Shown: positions 1-8,367 of the stretch, in pieces | How the letters are laid out: each line of letters opens with the position of its first letter | Position numbering within the stretch: the stretch's first letter is position 1 | Source of the DNA: Chlamydiales bacterium | Lineage (GTDB): Bacteria > Chlamydiota > Chlamydiia > Chlamydiales > JBDQID01 | NCBI GenBank assembly: GCA_047611865.1 | Contig: JBLFWS010000115.1 | Coordinates: forward strand, 1-10,655 | DNA: 10,655 nucleotides | Reading direction: 5' to 3' | Program-made: the position numbers and the translations under genes | The notes under the pieces: model-generated | Seen by the model: the letters and a program-made list of their open reading frames with translations, nothing else | What the model was told of the DNA's origin: nothing | The model's database searches: none

Positions 1-263
1 AAGAGGAAGAAGAGGAAAGTCTTGAAGGGATAGACGAAGACCTTCTTGCAGGATTGGGGGAAGTAGAAGCCCCTGCGGAAGAAGCCGTAAAAGAGGAAGA
101 AGAGGAAAGTCTTGAAGGGATAGACGAAGACCTTCTTGCAGGATTGGGGGAAGTAGAAGCCCCTGCGGAAGAAGCCGTAAAAGAGGAAGAAGAGGAAAGT
201 CTTGAAGGGATAGACGAGGGCCTCCTTGCAGGTTTGGGGGAAGTTGAAGCCCTTGAGGAAGAA
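1..263 (+). repeat. 90-bp (30-aa) coding tandem repeat, two identical copies plus one diverged partial copy
   Basis: 1-90 and 91-180 are identical; 181-263 differs at 7 of 83 positions. The unit encodes EEEEESLEGIDEDLLAGLGEVEAPAEEAVK. The array runs off the left edge. Confidence 0.97.
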
Positions 264-3200
264 ATTCAAGAGGATTTCGATGGAGATGCTCTTCTAGGCA
301 TTGAAGAAGATGACCTTGATGTTTTGTCCTCAATGGATCTTCCTGAAGAAGATGATGTTGATGCACTTACAGAAGGTATTGATGAAGAAAGTTTAGCGGC
401 TTTATCCTCAGGAATGGAAGAAGAAGACTTTATTGAAGGAATTGATGGGGATGCTCTTCTTGGAATAGATGACGAAGAAAGAGAAACAGGGTTTGACATA
501 GATGCTACCCTCGATGAGTTATTTGCTCCAGTGGGTGAAGAGGATGTTGAGTTTGATATTGATTCTATCCTTTCTGAATCTCAAGAAATAGAAGAAGAAG
601 AAAAAAAGAAAGATTATGAACTGTCAGACTTTCAAGTTCTTTTTGACGAAGATGAAAGAGACCTCGAATTTATCAGAAAAGAAGCAGAGGAACAGGCTCT
701 TGAGGAGCTAGGTATAAGGGGCGATGACGAAGAAGAAGCTCCCTCTGATTCCTCCCAGGAAGATGCTTTTGAAAAACCAGCAGAGGAGGGTGATGGGGCA
801 TCAGAGCCTTTCGCAGGTGAAGACATAGAAAATGAAGACGAATTTGCGTTTGTTTACGACGAAGAGGAGGAGGGAGAGCAAGAAGTTGACATAATGGAAG
901 CTCTCTTGGGAGTTAAAAATGCCCGTGAAATCCTTAAGAGAGTAGCAAGTATCTGTATTGGCCTTTTCTTATGTATGGGAGTGATTACAGCTGGTACCTA
1001 CATGGTTGTGGAAGGCCAAAACCAGGAGAAAGAAACATTTGCATCACAAGGTCTCACTGATTTGTCCATGGCCATGCTTTACAAGCAACTGTATGATCCA
1101 CAGGGACCTACAGATATCAATTCTCCTAATTTTTCAGAGAATTATGTACGGCCTATTCTTGAAGATAAAGTCTTCGAAACTTCGCCTTTTGAGACGACAA
1201 ATTTCCTTAACGATGTCTCATATGAGATCGCCGTTTATTTGAATCCTGAAAGAAATAGATTCCTTCTCTTGGCAAGGCCGATTCAAGACATGGTTCAGGA
1301 TTTTCTTCCAAAAGGAATATTAATAATCGATTCGAACGATATGGTGGTTCGAAGAAGCCTAGATGCTGAGCCTTTGGATAAATTACTGGAAGGAAAAGAC
1401 TCTCTGGAGGGAGTGAGTGATTTTGATTTAAGTACAATGGTGTTTGAGACAGAGCCTCTTCTCTTGCCTTATTTGGATGCTGGTGATCCTGCAAATGGCT
1501 TTTCACCTCCGAGAAAACTAGAAGAAATGCGGCCTGGATCTGGAAATAGAATTTATAATGCTCCTCGATATCGTCTTTTGACCAAAGCTCTGATGGATAA
1601 GGGCCAAGTGCTTTTTACAGGTGAAGCAAATCAAGATGATATACATACTTTTCGTAGAATGGCCAAAAATTTATCCGATTTAGATGAATTAATTTACTAT
1701 TCGAATGAAGGTATTGAGGGGGCGCAAGAAGGATATAGAGCCTTAAGAACGTATGTTGCAGGTAGTGTGCCGATTCTTGGATATCTCACATATGACCCAG
1801 AAACGGGTTCTCTGGCTTCATCCCACCTTCTTCAAGAAAAGGATTATCCTGAAGTTCTTGAAGTGGCTAAGTTCGATCCGAGTGTTGTAAGTGATCAGGG
1901 GGCTTCAGTAGCAAATCGCGAAGTGTTGCTTGTGGAAGGAGATGCTGTTTCGGGAGCTATTCTTGAGGACACACAGGCTATGGAAGATCTACCAGGAGTA
2001 GAGGCTTTGGATGAAGCCTTACTTCAGATTGTCGCAGCTAAAAAGCAGGATTTGGAAGAAATTAGCATTCAGATGAGTGAGTTAGTTGATAGACACAATC
2101 GGGAAATGGTAGAAAATTTTGGGGATAAATATTTAGCCCTTTTTGACAAATATCAGAAAATCAATGCTGATTTTGAAAAAAATATTCATACTGATTTAGA
2201 GACCCTTTATCATCAATACACTTCTGATGACCCACAAAAGTACAGTTCCGGCTTTTATAAAGCAGTTGAGGGAGCACAGCTTTCATCCTATGTTTCGAAT
2301 AAACTGAAGAGCGATATTTATAAATATCGGGGCAAGCCACTTGAGAAGAAGGATATGGAAGCTTTGATGCGGAGAGTTGTCGATTCAGGGACGTTATCAG
2401 AACTAAGCCTTCGCGTTGAACAACTTTCGAGTCTTTTATCTTCGAATCTTCTCAGCGATGCGAGTGAAAGGGTCCTTTATGAAAATATGTTACGAGCCAA
2501 GGTCTTACGTAAGCTTAGTGATTTAATTTTATCTCCCGAAGCTAAAAAAACTAAAGATATGTTCCAAAAAGCAAATCGTCAGTACCTTGATCTGATCCTC
2601 AGAAATAGTAATGTCAGTGAAGAAGATGAAAGAAGGTTTTATTTGGCTGAATTTGACTCCCTAATGAGGGAGTATCGTTATTTGCCCGATAGTAGTGAGT
2701 TAAGTCAATTGAGTGGCATAAATCAAAAGCTTGCTGATTTATCAGCGTATGATACCTTACTTAGCGAAGATGATCGTAAAGAAATCCGTAACAAGCATTT
2801 AGAGGCAATAGAAGAAGTTGAAGAAGAGGAGGATAGCCTCGGCGAGCTTCAAGAACAAATAGCAACCCTACCTGTTTCTGGCTTGCATGTGATGTCCTCA
2901 AAAGATGTACAGGATCGTTTGGGAAGAATGGGGCAGCAACAGCTTGTGAAAGCTGGTTTAGAATCAGAAGGGGAAGCAAGGAACGCCTCTCTGGAAAATG
3001 CAATTGTACTGTTGAAGGAAAATCTGGAAGAAAATCGAGGCTTATGGGGAGATGTTCTTGAAGCCCGAAGAATGATGACTCAATCTTCAGAGAACAGGCT
3101 GCTTGGAGCTTTGGAATCAGGGGTAGGTTTCAGTCAAAATGACAGGCCGCTTCCTATCGTTATAAAAACGGCTCTAACGAAATATTTTGATGAAAAGAAA

Positions 3201-3713
3201 AAATTGACAACGATTAGGGATGAGCAACAGTATATCGCTCAATACGAAGTTTTTAAAATAAAAGAACAAAAGCATTTGGAAAACATTCTGAACGATGTCA
3301 AAAAGGTCCAAGATGCTGCTGCAAAACTTCGCTCTGAATCAGAGGAGTATACCCGAAAATTACAGGATTTTGCAAACGACTACGAGACTGCAAAATTACA
3401 GGGATTTTTTGTCACAGATCTCCAGATTCAGTCCTTGATGGCTGCAAGACTTGGAAGAAAGATTTATCATGCCGAAAGACTTAGTCAGAGAGTAAAAAAA
3501 CTGACAGGGCAATTAGTTGAGGCAAGTAAAAAGCATGGAGAAATAGCTCAGCTGGAACTCGATTCTTTAGAAGGATTTACCCCTGTTACAATCGATGAGC
3601 TTGAAAGTATATCTCAGGAAGCTCACGAAGTAATTTATCCCAACTTGTTTGGGGAAAATCTTAAAGGGAGATTTGATAAAATCCGAAACATTTCGATTAC
3701 TCCCTTGCAATAA
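3..3713 (+). CDS. Large acidic, repeat-containing single-pass membrane protein of unknown function (5'-truncated by the window edge)
   Basis: The frame is open from position 3 (GAG GAA GAA GAG GAA AGT...), so the TTG at 54 is an internal Leu of a repeat and not the true start. About 310 aa of E/D-rich sequence precede a hydrophobic segment (KR-VASICIGLFLCMGVITAGTYMVV, ~942-1010), followed by ~900 aa with a helical/coiled-coil-like C-terminus. Stop TAA at 3711-3713. No family recognised. Confidence 0.85.
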   Translation, partial: EEEEESLEGIDEDLLAGLGEVEAPAEEAVKEEEEESLEGIDEDLLAGLGEVEAPAEEAVKEEEEESLEGIDEGLLAGLGEVEALEEEIQEDFDGDALLGIEEDDLDVLSSMDLPEEDDVDALTEGIDEESLAALSSGMEEEDFIEGIDGDALLGIDDEERETGFDIDATLDELFAPVGEEDVEFDIDSILSESQEIEEEEKKKDYELSDFQVLFDEDERDLEFIRKEAEEQALEELGIRGDDEEEAPSDSSQEDAFEKPAEEGDGASEPFAGEDIENEDEFAFVYDEEEEGEQEVDIMEALLGVKNAREILKRVASICIGLFLCMGVITAGTYMVVEGQNQEKETFASQGLTDLSMAMLYKQLYDPQGPTDINSPNFSENYVRPILEDKVFETSPFETTNFLNDVSYEIAVYLNPERNRFLLLARPIQDMVQDFLPKGILIIDSNDMVVRRSLDAEPLDKLLEGKDSLEGVSDFDLSTMVFETEPLLLPYLDAGDPANGFSPPRKLEEMRPGSGNRIYNAPRYRLLTKALMDKGQVLFTGEANQDDIHTFRRMAKNLSDLDELIYYSNEGIEGAQEGYRALRTYVAGSVPILGYLTYDPETGSLASSHLLQEKDYPEVLEVAKFDPSVVSDQGASVANREVLLVEGDAVSGAILEDTQAMEDLPGVEALDEALLQIVAAKKQDLEEISIQMSELVDRHNREMVENFGDKYLALFDKYQKINADFEKNIHTDLETLYHQYTSDDPQKYSSGFYKAVEGAQLSSYVSNKLKSDIYKYRGKPLEKKDMEALMRRVVDSGTLSELSLRVEQLSSLLSSNLLSDASERVLYENMLRAKVLRKLSDLILSPEAKKTKDMFQKANRQYLDLILRNSNVSEEDERRFYLAEFDSLMREYRYLPDSSELSQLSGINQKLADLSAYDTLLSEDDRKEIRNKHLEAIEEVEEEEDSLGELQEQIATLPVSGLHVMSSKDVQDRLGRMGQQQLVKAGLESEGEARNASLENAIVLLKENLEENRGLWGDVLEARRMMTQSSENRLLGALESGVGFSQNDRPLPIVIKTALTKYFDEKKKLTTIRDEQQYIAQYEVFKIKEQKHLENILNDVKKVQDAAAKLRSESEEYTRKLQDFANDYETAKLQGFFVTDLQIQSLMAARLGRKIYHAERLSQRVKKLTGQLVEASKKHGEIAQLELDSLEGFTPVTIDELESISQEAHEVIYPNLFGENLKGRFDKIRNISITPLQ

Positions 3714-3772
3714 GCTAATAGAATTTGTTTGGGATTATGCAATTTTTATCTTCTAAATCACCCTAGAAATTC

Positions 3773-3802
3773 ATGGCAATTAATCGATAAGAAAAATATA
3801 AT
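3773..3802 (+). promoter_or_regulatory. Candidate sigma70/sigma66-type promoter for hisS
   Basis: Perfect TATAAT at 3797-3802, with ATGGCA (4/6 match to TTGACA) at 3773-3778 and an 18-nt spacer, ~55 nt upstream of the hisS ATG. The AT-rich context makes a chance match possible. Confidence 0.35.
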
Positions 3803-3856
3803 AATCGAGTTTATTTAATCTTTCTTTAACCTGTTTTATCAGGGCGCTATTTCATT

Positions 3857-5197
3857 ATGTCTGTTTCAATTCCTAAAGGTGTTTTTGACATTTTACCCAG
3901 TCATTCTAATTCTGAAGATTCATGGAAGGATTCATATCGTTGGCAGTATGTTGAACGAGTAATTCGAGAAATAACGAAGGATTATGGCTTCAAGGAAATT
4001 CGCACACCTCTTTTTGAGCGAACAGAGCTGTTTAAGCGTAGCGTTGGAGAGTCTTCCGATATTGTGACAAAAGAAATGTATACCTTTGAAGACAAGGGTA
4101 AACGTTCCATGACACTCAGGCCAGAGGGCACTGCCTCAGTTATGAGGAGCCTGATTGAAAAGCGTCTTCACAATCAATTACCTCTACAGAAACTTTTTTA
4201 TATCGCGCCGATGTTTCGATACGAAAGACCGCAGGCAGGGCGCTTTCGTCAACATCATCAGTTTGGGATTGAAGCAATAGGGAACGGAGCCCCAGAGCAA
4301 GACGTGGAAGTCATTGACTTACTATATTCTTTTTATCAACGTTTAGGCTTAAAAAATCTTACTGTATATCTCAATTCAGTTGGAGATAATGAAAGCCGAA
4401 CTGAATATCGCCAATCCTTGAAAGATTATTTGACTCCACACTTGTCCGATCTCTCTGAAGATAGCCAAGCGCGCTTTGAGACGAATCCACTTCGTATACT
4501 GGATTCTAAAGATCCCAAGGACAAGGCAATCATAAAAGATGCTCCTTCTATTTTAGATTATTTAAATGCTGAGTGCAAAGAACACTTTGAACAAGTTCGG
4601 GAAGGTTTAGATCTTTTAGGGATACCTTATGAGATCAACCATAAGCTTGTTAGAGGTCTTGATTACTACAACAAAACAGTTTTTGAAATTGTTTCCGGAG
4701 AGCTCGGAGCCCAGAATAGTATTGGAGCCGGCGGACGATATGATGGATTAATCAGCTCTCTAGGAGGGCCCGACCTACAAGCGGTGGGCTTTGGAACTGG
4801 GATAGAGCGCATTATACAGACTATGATTAAGCAGGAAGTGTTTTTCCCGGAGGCTCCTAGACCAACGTGTTTTCTTGTGCCTCTTGGCGATGCGGCTAAA
4901 AAGGTTTGTACCCCACTACTTCATAACTTGCGCTCGGAGGGGATTCCTTCAGAAATGGACTATAGCGGACGGAAATTGAAACTGATAATGCGTTATGCAG
5001 ATAGCATCCAAGCTAAATACGTTGCTGTGATCGGAGACGGAGAATTAGAAAAAGGCATCGTGGAAATGAAAGAAATGGCTACGAGAGAGTCCTTTGAAAT
5101 ACCTTTAAGTGACTTTAAGGAAATCGGGAAGCTTTTAAAAGAAAATCTTTCAGGTGAATTTGATGGAAGAGTTTTAAGAGAGTTTCAAGAAGGGTAA
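3857..5197 (+). CDS. hisS: Histidine--tRNA ligase
   Basis: Motifs PKGVFDILP, IRTPLFERTELF, KEMYTFEDKG..LRPEGTAS, motif 2 FRYERPQAGRFRQHHQFG, LVRGLDYY, GGRYDGL, GFGTGIERI and a C-terminal anticodon-binding domain. Confidence 0.98.
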   Translation: MSVSIPKGVFDILPSHSNSEDSWKDSYRWQYVERVIREITKDYGFKEIRTPLFERTELFKRSVGESSDIVTKEMYTFEDKGKRSMTLRPEGTASVMRSLIEKRLHNQLPLQKLFYIAPMFRYERPQAGRFRQHHQFGIEAIGNGAPEQDVEVIDLLYSFYQRLGLKNLTVYLNSVGDNESRTEYRQSLKDYLTPHLSDLSEDSQARFETNPLRILDSKDPKDKAIIKDAPSILDYLNAECKEHFEQVREGLDLLGIPYEINHKLVRGLDYYNKTVFEIVSGELGAQNSIGAGGRYDGLISSLGGPDLQAVGFGTGIERIIQTMIKQEVFFPEAPRPTCFLVPLGDAAKKVCTPLLHNLRSEGIPSEMDYSGRKLKLIMRYADSIQAKYVAVIGDGELEKGIVEMKEMATRESFEIPLSDFKEIGKLLKENLSGEFDGRVLREFQEG

Positions 5198-5360
5198 GGA
5201 ATTGTGCAAGAATAAAGTATCCCTTTTGAGCTCATCTTGTGCGGCAGATGCAAGGCGCAAATTCGCAGCCGAGGTTGGCATCTCAGCAAGAATTTACAAC
5301 GCCGCAGATGGTTTACAAGATGAGCTCAAAAGGGGTGCTTTATTTTTGCACAGTTCCTAA
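5195..5360 (+). mobile_element. Palindromic MITE-like / structured intergenic element (160-bp core 5198-5357 flanked by TAA direct repeats)
   Basis: 44-bp inverted arms 5197-5240 / 5315-5358 give 40 Watson-Crick and 4 G-U pairs on the + strand. TAA occurs at 5195-5197 (the hisS stop) and 5358-5360. The 74-nt centre is GC-richer and has inner stems. The palindrome is certain; mobility is inferred. Confidence 0.65.
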
Positions 5361-5418
5361 GTATTGAGTACACTTCTGTTGTGAATATTTAGTAAATAAA
5401 GAAAAATTTGGGTTTAAA

Positions 5419-7212
5419 ATGTTTGATTATAGAAGAACGCATAGCTGCGGAGAGTTAAAAGCCGGCGATATAGGAAAGGAAATAACCCTTTCAGGCTGGG
5501 TGCATCGATGGAGAGATCACGGTGGATTGATTTTTATCGACTTAAGAGATCGATTTGGTTTAACACAGCTAGTTTTTGACCCAAAAGTGAATAATAATAA
5601 TCACAATATCGCTGAAAAGTTGAGAGCTGAATGGGTGATATCCATCAAAGGGATTGTCAACGCTAGAGCAGAGGGTATGGCCAACTCCAATCTTACAACT
5701 GGTGAAATTGAAATCGAAGTAAGGGAGTTGGAGGTTTTATCAGAAGCAAAGACACCTCCATTTTCCATCTCTGATGAGAATATTACCGTAAACGAAGAAT
5801 TACGCTTAAAGCATCGCTATTTGGATATCCGTCGAGGAGAAATTTCCGACAATCTTATTGTCCGTCATAAAGCTATGATGTCTGTGCGCCGTTTTCTTGA
5901 TGAAAAGGGATTTTTGGAGATTACGACACCGATATTAGGTAAGTCGACACCAGAAGGAGCCAGAGATTACCTAGTGCCCTCTCGTGTACAACCCGGAAGT
6001 TTTTACGCTTTGCCACAGTCTCCACAGCTATTTAAGCAATTGCTTATGGTTTCGGGAATGGACAAATATTTTCAGCTTGCGACATGTTTTCGAGACGAGG
6101 ATTTACGCGCATCACGTCAGCCAGAATTTACTCAAATTGATATCGAAATGAGTTTTTCCATGATAGAAGATCTTTTCTCCGTGGTAGAAGATCTGACCCA
6201 AAGGGTGTTTAAAGAGTGTATCGGAGTTGACATCCCCACGCCTTTTCCTCACCTTACTTATAAAGAAAGCATGGAAAAATACGGATCCGATAAGCCAGAT
6301 CTTCGTTTTGCTATGGAGCTTGTAGGGCTCAATGACATCGCAGAGCGTTCGGATTTTGGAGTCTTTAAAGATCAGATAAAAAGTGGATCTGTAGTAAAAG
6401 GCCTATGCGTAAAAGGCGGAAAAGATATATCCCGAAAGGGCATTGATGATTACACGAAGTTTGTTGCTAAGTTTGGAGTTAAAGGTCTCGCATGGATGAA
6501 GATGCAAGATTCAGGGCTTTCCTCTAGCATAGTGAAGTTCTTTTCACCAGAGCTTCAGGAGGAGCTTATTAAGCGAATGGGTATAGAAGAGGGAGACCTT
6601 ATCTTTATGATTGCGGATTCCGTAGATTGTGCGAATCAATCTCTTGATCACCTGCGTCGACGTATTGCTGATGACAGGGGGCTTATTACTAAAGGTACGT
6701 ACAATTTCACATGGGTGACAGAATTCCCACTGTTTGAATGGGATGCTGATGGACAGCGCCTTTCTTCCATGCATCACCCCTTTACTTCACCGCATGTTGA
6801 TGACATCGAATTATTGGAAACAAAGCCTTTAGAAGTGCGCTCTTCAGGTTACGATTTGGTTTTAAATGGTCACGAAATTGCTGGAGGATCCCAAAGGATA
6901 CACAGCAGTGAGCTTCAGGAGAAGATCTTTAGTGCTCTTAAACTTTCCGAAGAAGATATTCAGAGCAAATTTGGCTTTTTCGTAGAGGCATTGAAATATG
7001 GTACACCTCCACATTTGGGGATTGCTTTTGGCTTTGACCGTCTTAATATGATCCTTTCCGGTACGGAAAATATACGCGATGTGATTGCGTTTCCTAAGAC
7101 ACAACGCGCCACGGACTTGATGACAGAAGCTCCTTCACATGTTTCGAAAGATCAGCTTAGTGAGTTGAGAATAGAAGTGGAAAAGGCAGAGGAATGGTCC
7201 GGAGCTTTGTAA
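5419..7212 (+). CDS. aspS: Aspartate--tRNA ligase, bacterial type, probably non-discriminating Asp/Asn
   Basis: Motifs RTHSCGEL, GWVHRWRDHGGLIFIDLRD, STPEGARDYLVPSR, ALPQSPQLFKQLLM, CFRDEDLRASRQPEFTQIDIEMSF, MHHPFTSP, YGTPPHLGIAFGFDRL and IRDVIAFPKT; the GAD insertion domain is present. Confidence 0.98.
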   Translation: MFDYRRTHSCGELKAGDIGKEITLSGWVHRWRDHGGLIFIDLRDRFGLTQLVFDPKVNNNNHNIAEKLRAEWVISIKGIVNARAEGMANSNLTTGEIEIEVRELEVLSEAKTPPFSISDENITVNEELRLKHRYLDIRRGEISDNLIVRHKAMMSVRRFLDEKGFLEITTPILGKSTPEGARDYLVPSRVQPGSFYALPQSPQLFKQLLMVSGMDKYFQLATCFRDEDLRASRQPEFTQIDIEMSFSMIEDLFSVVEDLTQRVFKECIGVDIPTPFPHLTYKESMEKYGSDKPDLRFAMELVGLNDIAERSDFGVFKDQIKSGSVVKGLCVKGGKDISRKGIDDYTKFVAKFGVKGLAWMKMQDSGLSSSIVKFFSPELQEELIKRMGIEEGDLIFMIADSVDCANQSLDHLRRRIADDRGLITKGTYNFTWVTEFPLFEWDADGQRLSSMHHPFTSPHVDDIELLETKPLEVRSSGYDLVLNGHEIAGGSQRIHSSELQEKIFSALKLSEEDIQSKFGFFVEALKYGTPPHLGIAFGFDRLNMILSGTENIRDVIAFPKTQRATDLMTEAPSHVSKDQLSELRIEVEKAEEWSGAL

Positions 7213-7399
7213 AATCGGCGGGAAATACTTGGCTATAATCTATGAAGGAAATACATTAGATCACTCAGCAAGGTTTTGGAATGACTCAAATCTTGAGCTT
7301 TGCTTTCGACTTTTTTAACATTATAAATGGAGGCGGTATTAATCTTTATTGATGAGAGAGTTTCTCAGACATTCGTAAAGACGCTATGCCGGGAAATAA

Positions 7400-8299
7400 A
7401 TGAATAAAAAGTACATGCTATTAGCTCTGACAGTAATGAGCTACATCACTTGTTTTGCTGTTTTCGCTGACGAAGAACAGGAAAAAAATCTGGCTTTTGA
7501 TGAGCCTGAAGTGAAAAGAATCTCAGAAGCATTTGGCCACTTGCTAGGTAGCCAACTTGATAATCCAGGATTTAAATATGACTTGGATAGCTTTATAAAA
7601 GGTATTCAGGATGCAGCAGCTGGTAAAGAATCCCCAATGACCGAAGAAGAGTATGAGCGTGCTGCAGTCTTAATCCAAGAGAACATCGTAAGTGAGGTCT
7701 CTAGTGCAAACTTGAGGAAAGCAGATCAGTTTATGAGTGAGAACTCTAACGATCGTAGTGTTTTCGAAATTGAAAAAGGTCGTTTGCAATACGCTGTTAT
7801 TGAAACTGGTGAAGGACCTGTTGTTGGAGAACACGGTGTGCCTCTCATCCACTATACGGCTAAATATCTAGATGGTACTGTCTTTGGCAGCTCTGTTGAA
7901 AGTGGCTCGCCGATATCTTTGCCATTGGATCAGACTCTACCAGGTTTGAAAAAAGGCCTAATAGGAACTAAAGAAGGTGAAAAAAGACGCCTCTTTATCC
8001 ACCCAACACTTGCAAATGGTGCTAATGGTCTTAACGCTCTTTTGATTTTTGATGTTGAAGTTATCAAAGCTGATACTCTTTCTGAATCAAAAGAAGAAGT
8101 AGTAGATGATATTCAGGAAGAGATAGGAACTGCTTTCGAAGTAGATGTTTCCGCCGCGGTAGAAGAGGGAATTGATGGAGAAGTCTTTGCTGAAGAAGAA
8201 TCTATAGAGATTGCACAAAAGATTCAAGAAGGTGAAAACCTTAACGAAATTTCAGTGGAAGATGCAGAAGAGCCAGAAGAAGCTCAAGCTGCTCAATAA
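7400..8299 (+). CDS. mip: Mip-family FKBP-type peptidyl-prolyl isomerase homolog with signal peptide, degenerate active site and acidic tail
   Basis: N-terminal signal peptide (MNKK, hydrophobic core, ..VFA/DEE), FKBP_N dimerisation domain (ISEAFGHLLG..DLDSFIKGIQD) and FKBP_C (LQYAVIETGEG..HYTAKYLDGTVFGSS..KEGEKRRLFIHP..LLIFDVEVI). Position between aspS and trmL matches chlamydial mip. Confidence 0.9.
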   Translation: MNKKYMLLALTVMSYITCFAVFADEEQEKNLAFDEPEVKRISEAFGHLLGSQLDNPGFKYDLDSFIKGIQDAAAGKESPMTEEEYERAAVLIQENIVSEVSSANLRKADQFMSENSNDRSVFEIEKGRLQYAVIETGEGPVVGEHGVPLIHYTAKYLDGTVFGSSVESGSPISLPLDQTLPGLKKGLIGTKEGEKRRLFIHPTLANGANGLNALLIFDVEVIKADTLSESKEEVVDDIQEEIGTAFEVDVSAAVEEGIDGEVFAEEESIEIAQKIQEGENLNEISVEDAEEPEEAQAAQ

Positions 8300-8307
8300 A
8301 TTTATAG

Positions 8308-8341
8308 CTTGCGAGGGGACTCTTCTCCTCGCAAGATTTTT
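8308..8341 (+). terminator. Rho-independent terminator after mip
   Basis: CTTGCGAGGGGA-ctct-TCTCCTCGCAAG forms a 12-bp stem with one G-U pair, followed by ATTTTT, 8 nt after the mip stop. Confidence 0.75.
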
Positions 8342-8367
8342 CTCATTATCACCCCTTGTAATTTTTT

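Noticed and set aside
1..263. CRISPR array
   Set aside because: The units are contiguous 90-bp in-frame coding repeats with no unique spacers, and there are no cas genes.
266..3003. Short alternative ORFs 266-499, 632-826, 1006-1242, 1207-1506 and 2761-3003
   Set aside because: All lie within the large CDS; the Ser-rich antisense products simply mirror GAA/GAT codons.
5198..5418. T-box riboswitch or attenuator upstream of aspS
   Set aside because: No T-box consensus (TGGNACC) or leader peptide is seen; the long terminal arms and TAA duplication fit an inserted element better.
5590..5601. (AAT)4 microsatellite in aspS as a phase-variation tract
   Set aside because: It is short, in frame and within a variable segment, with no frameshift potential.
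7228..7305. TATAAT at 7234-7239 and weak hairpins in the aspS-mip spacer
   Set aside because: No properly spaced -35 element, and the stems are short and imperfect, so neither can be supported.
8160..8185. EEGIDGE in the Mip tail resembling EGIDGD in the large acidic protein
   Set aside because: The match is too short between two low-complexity acidic regions to imply common origin.
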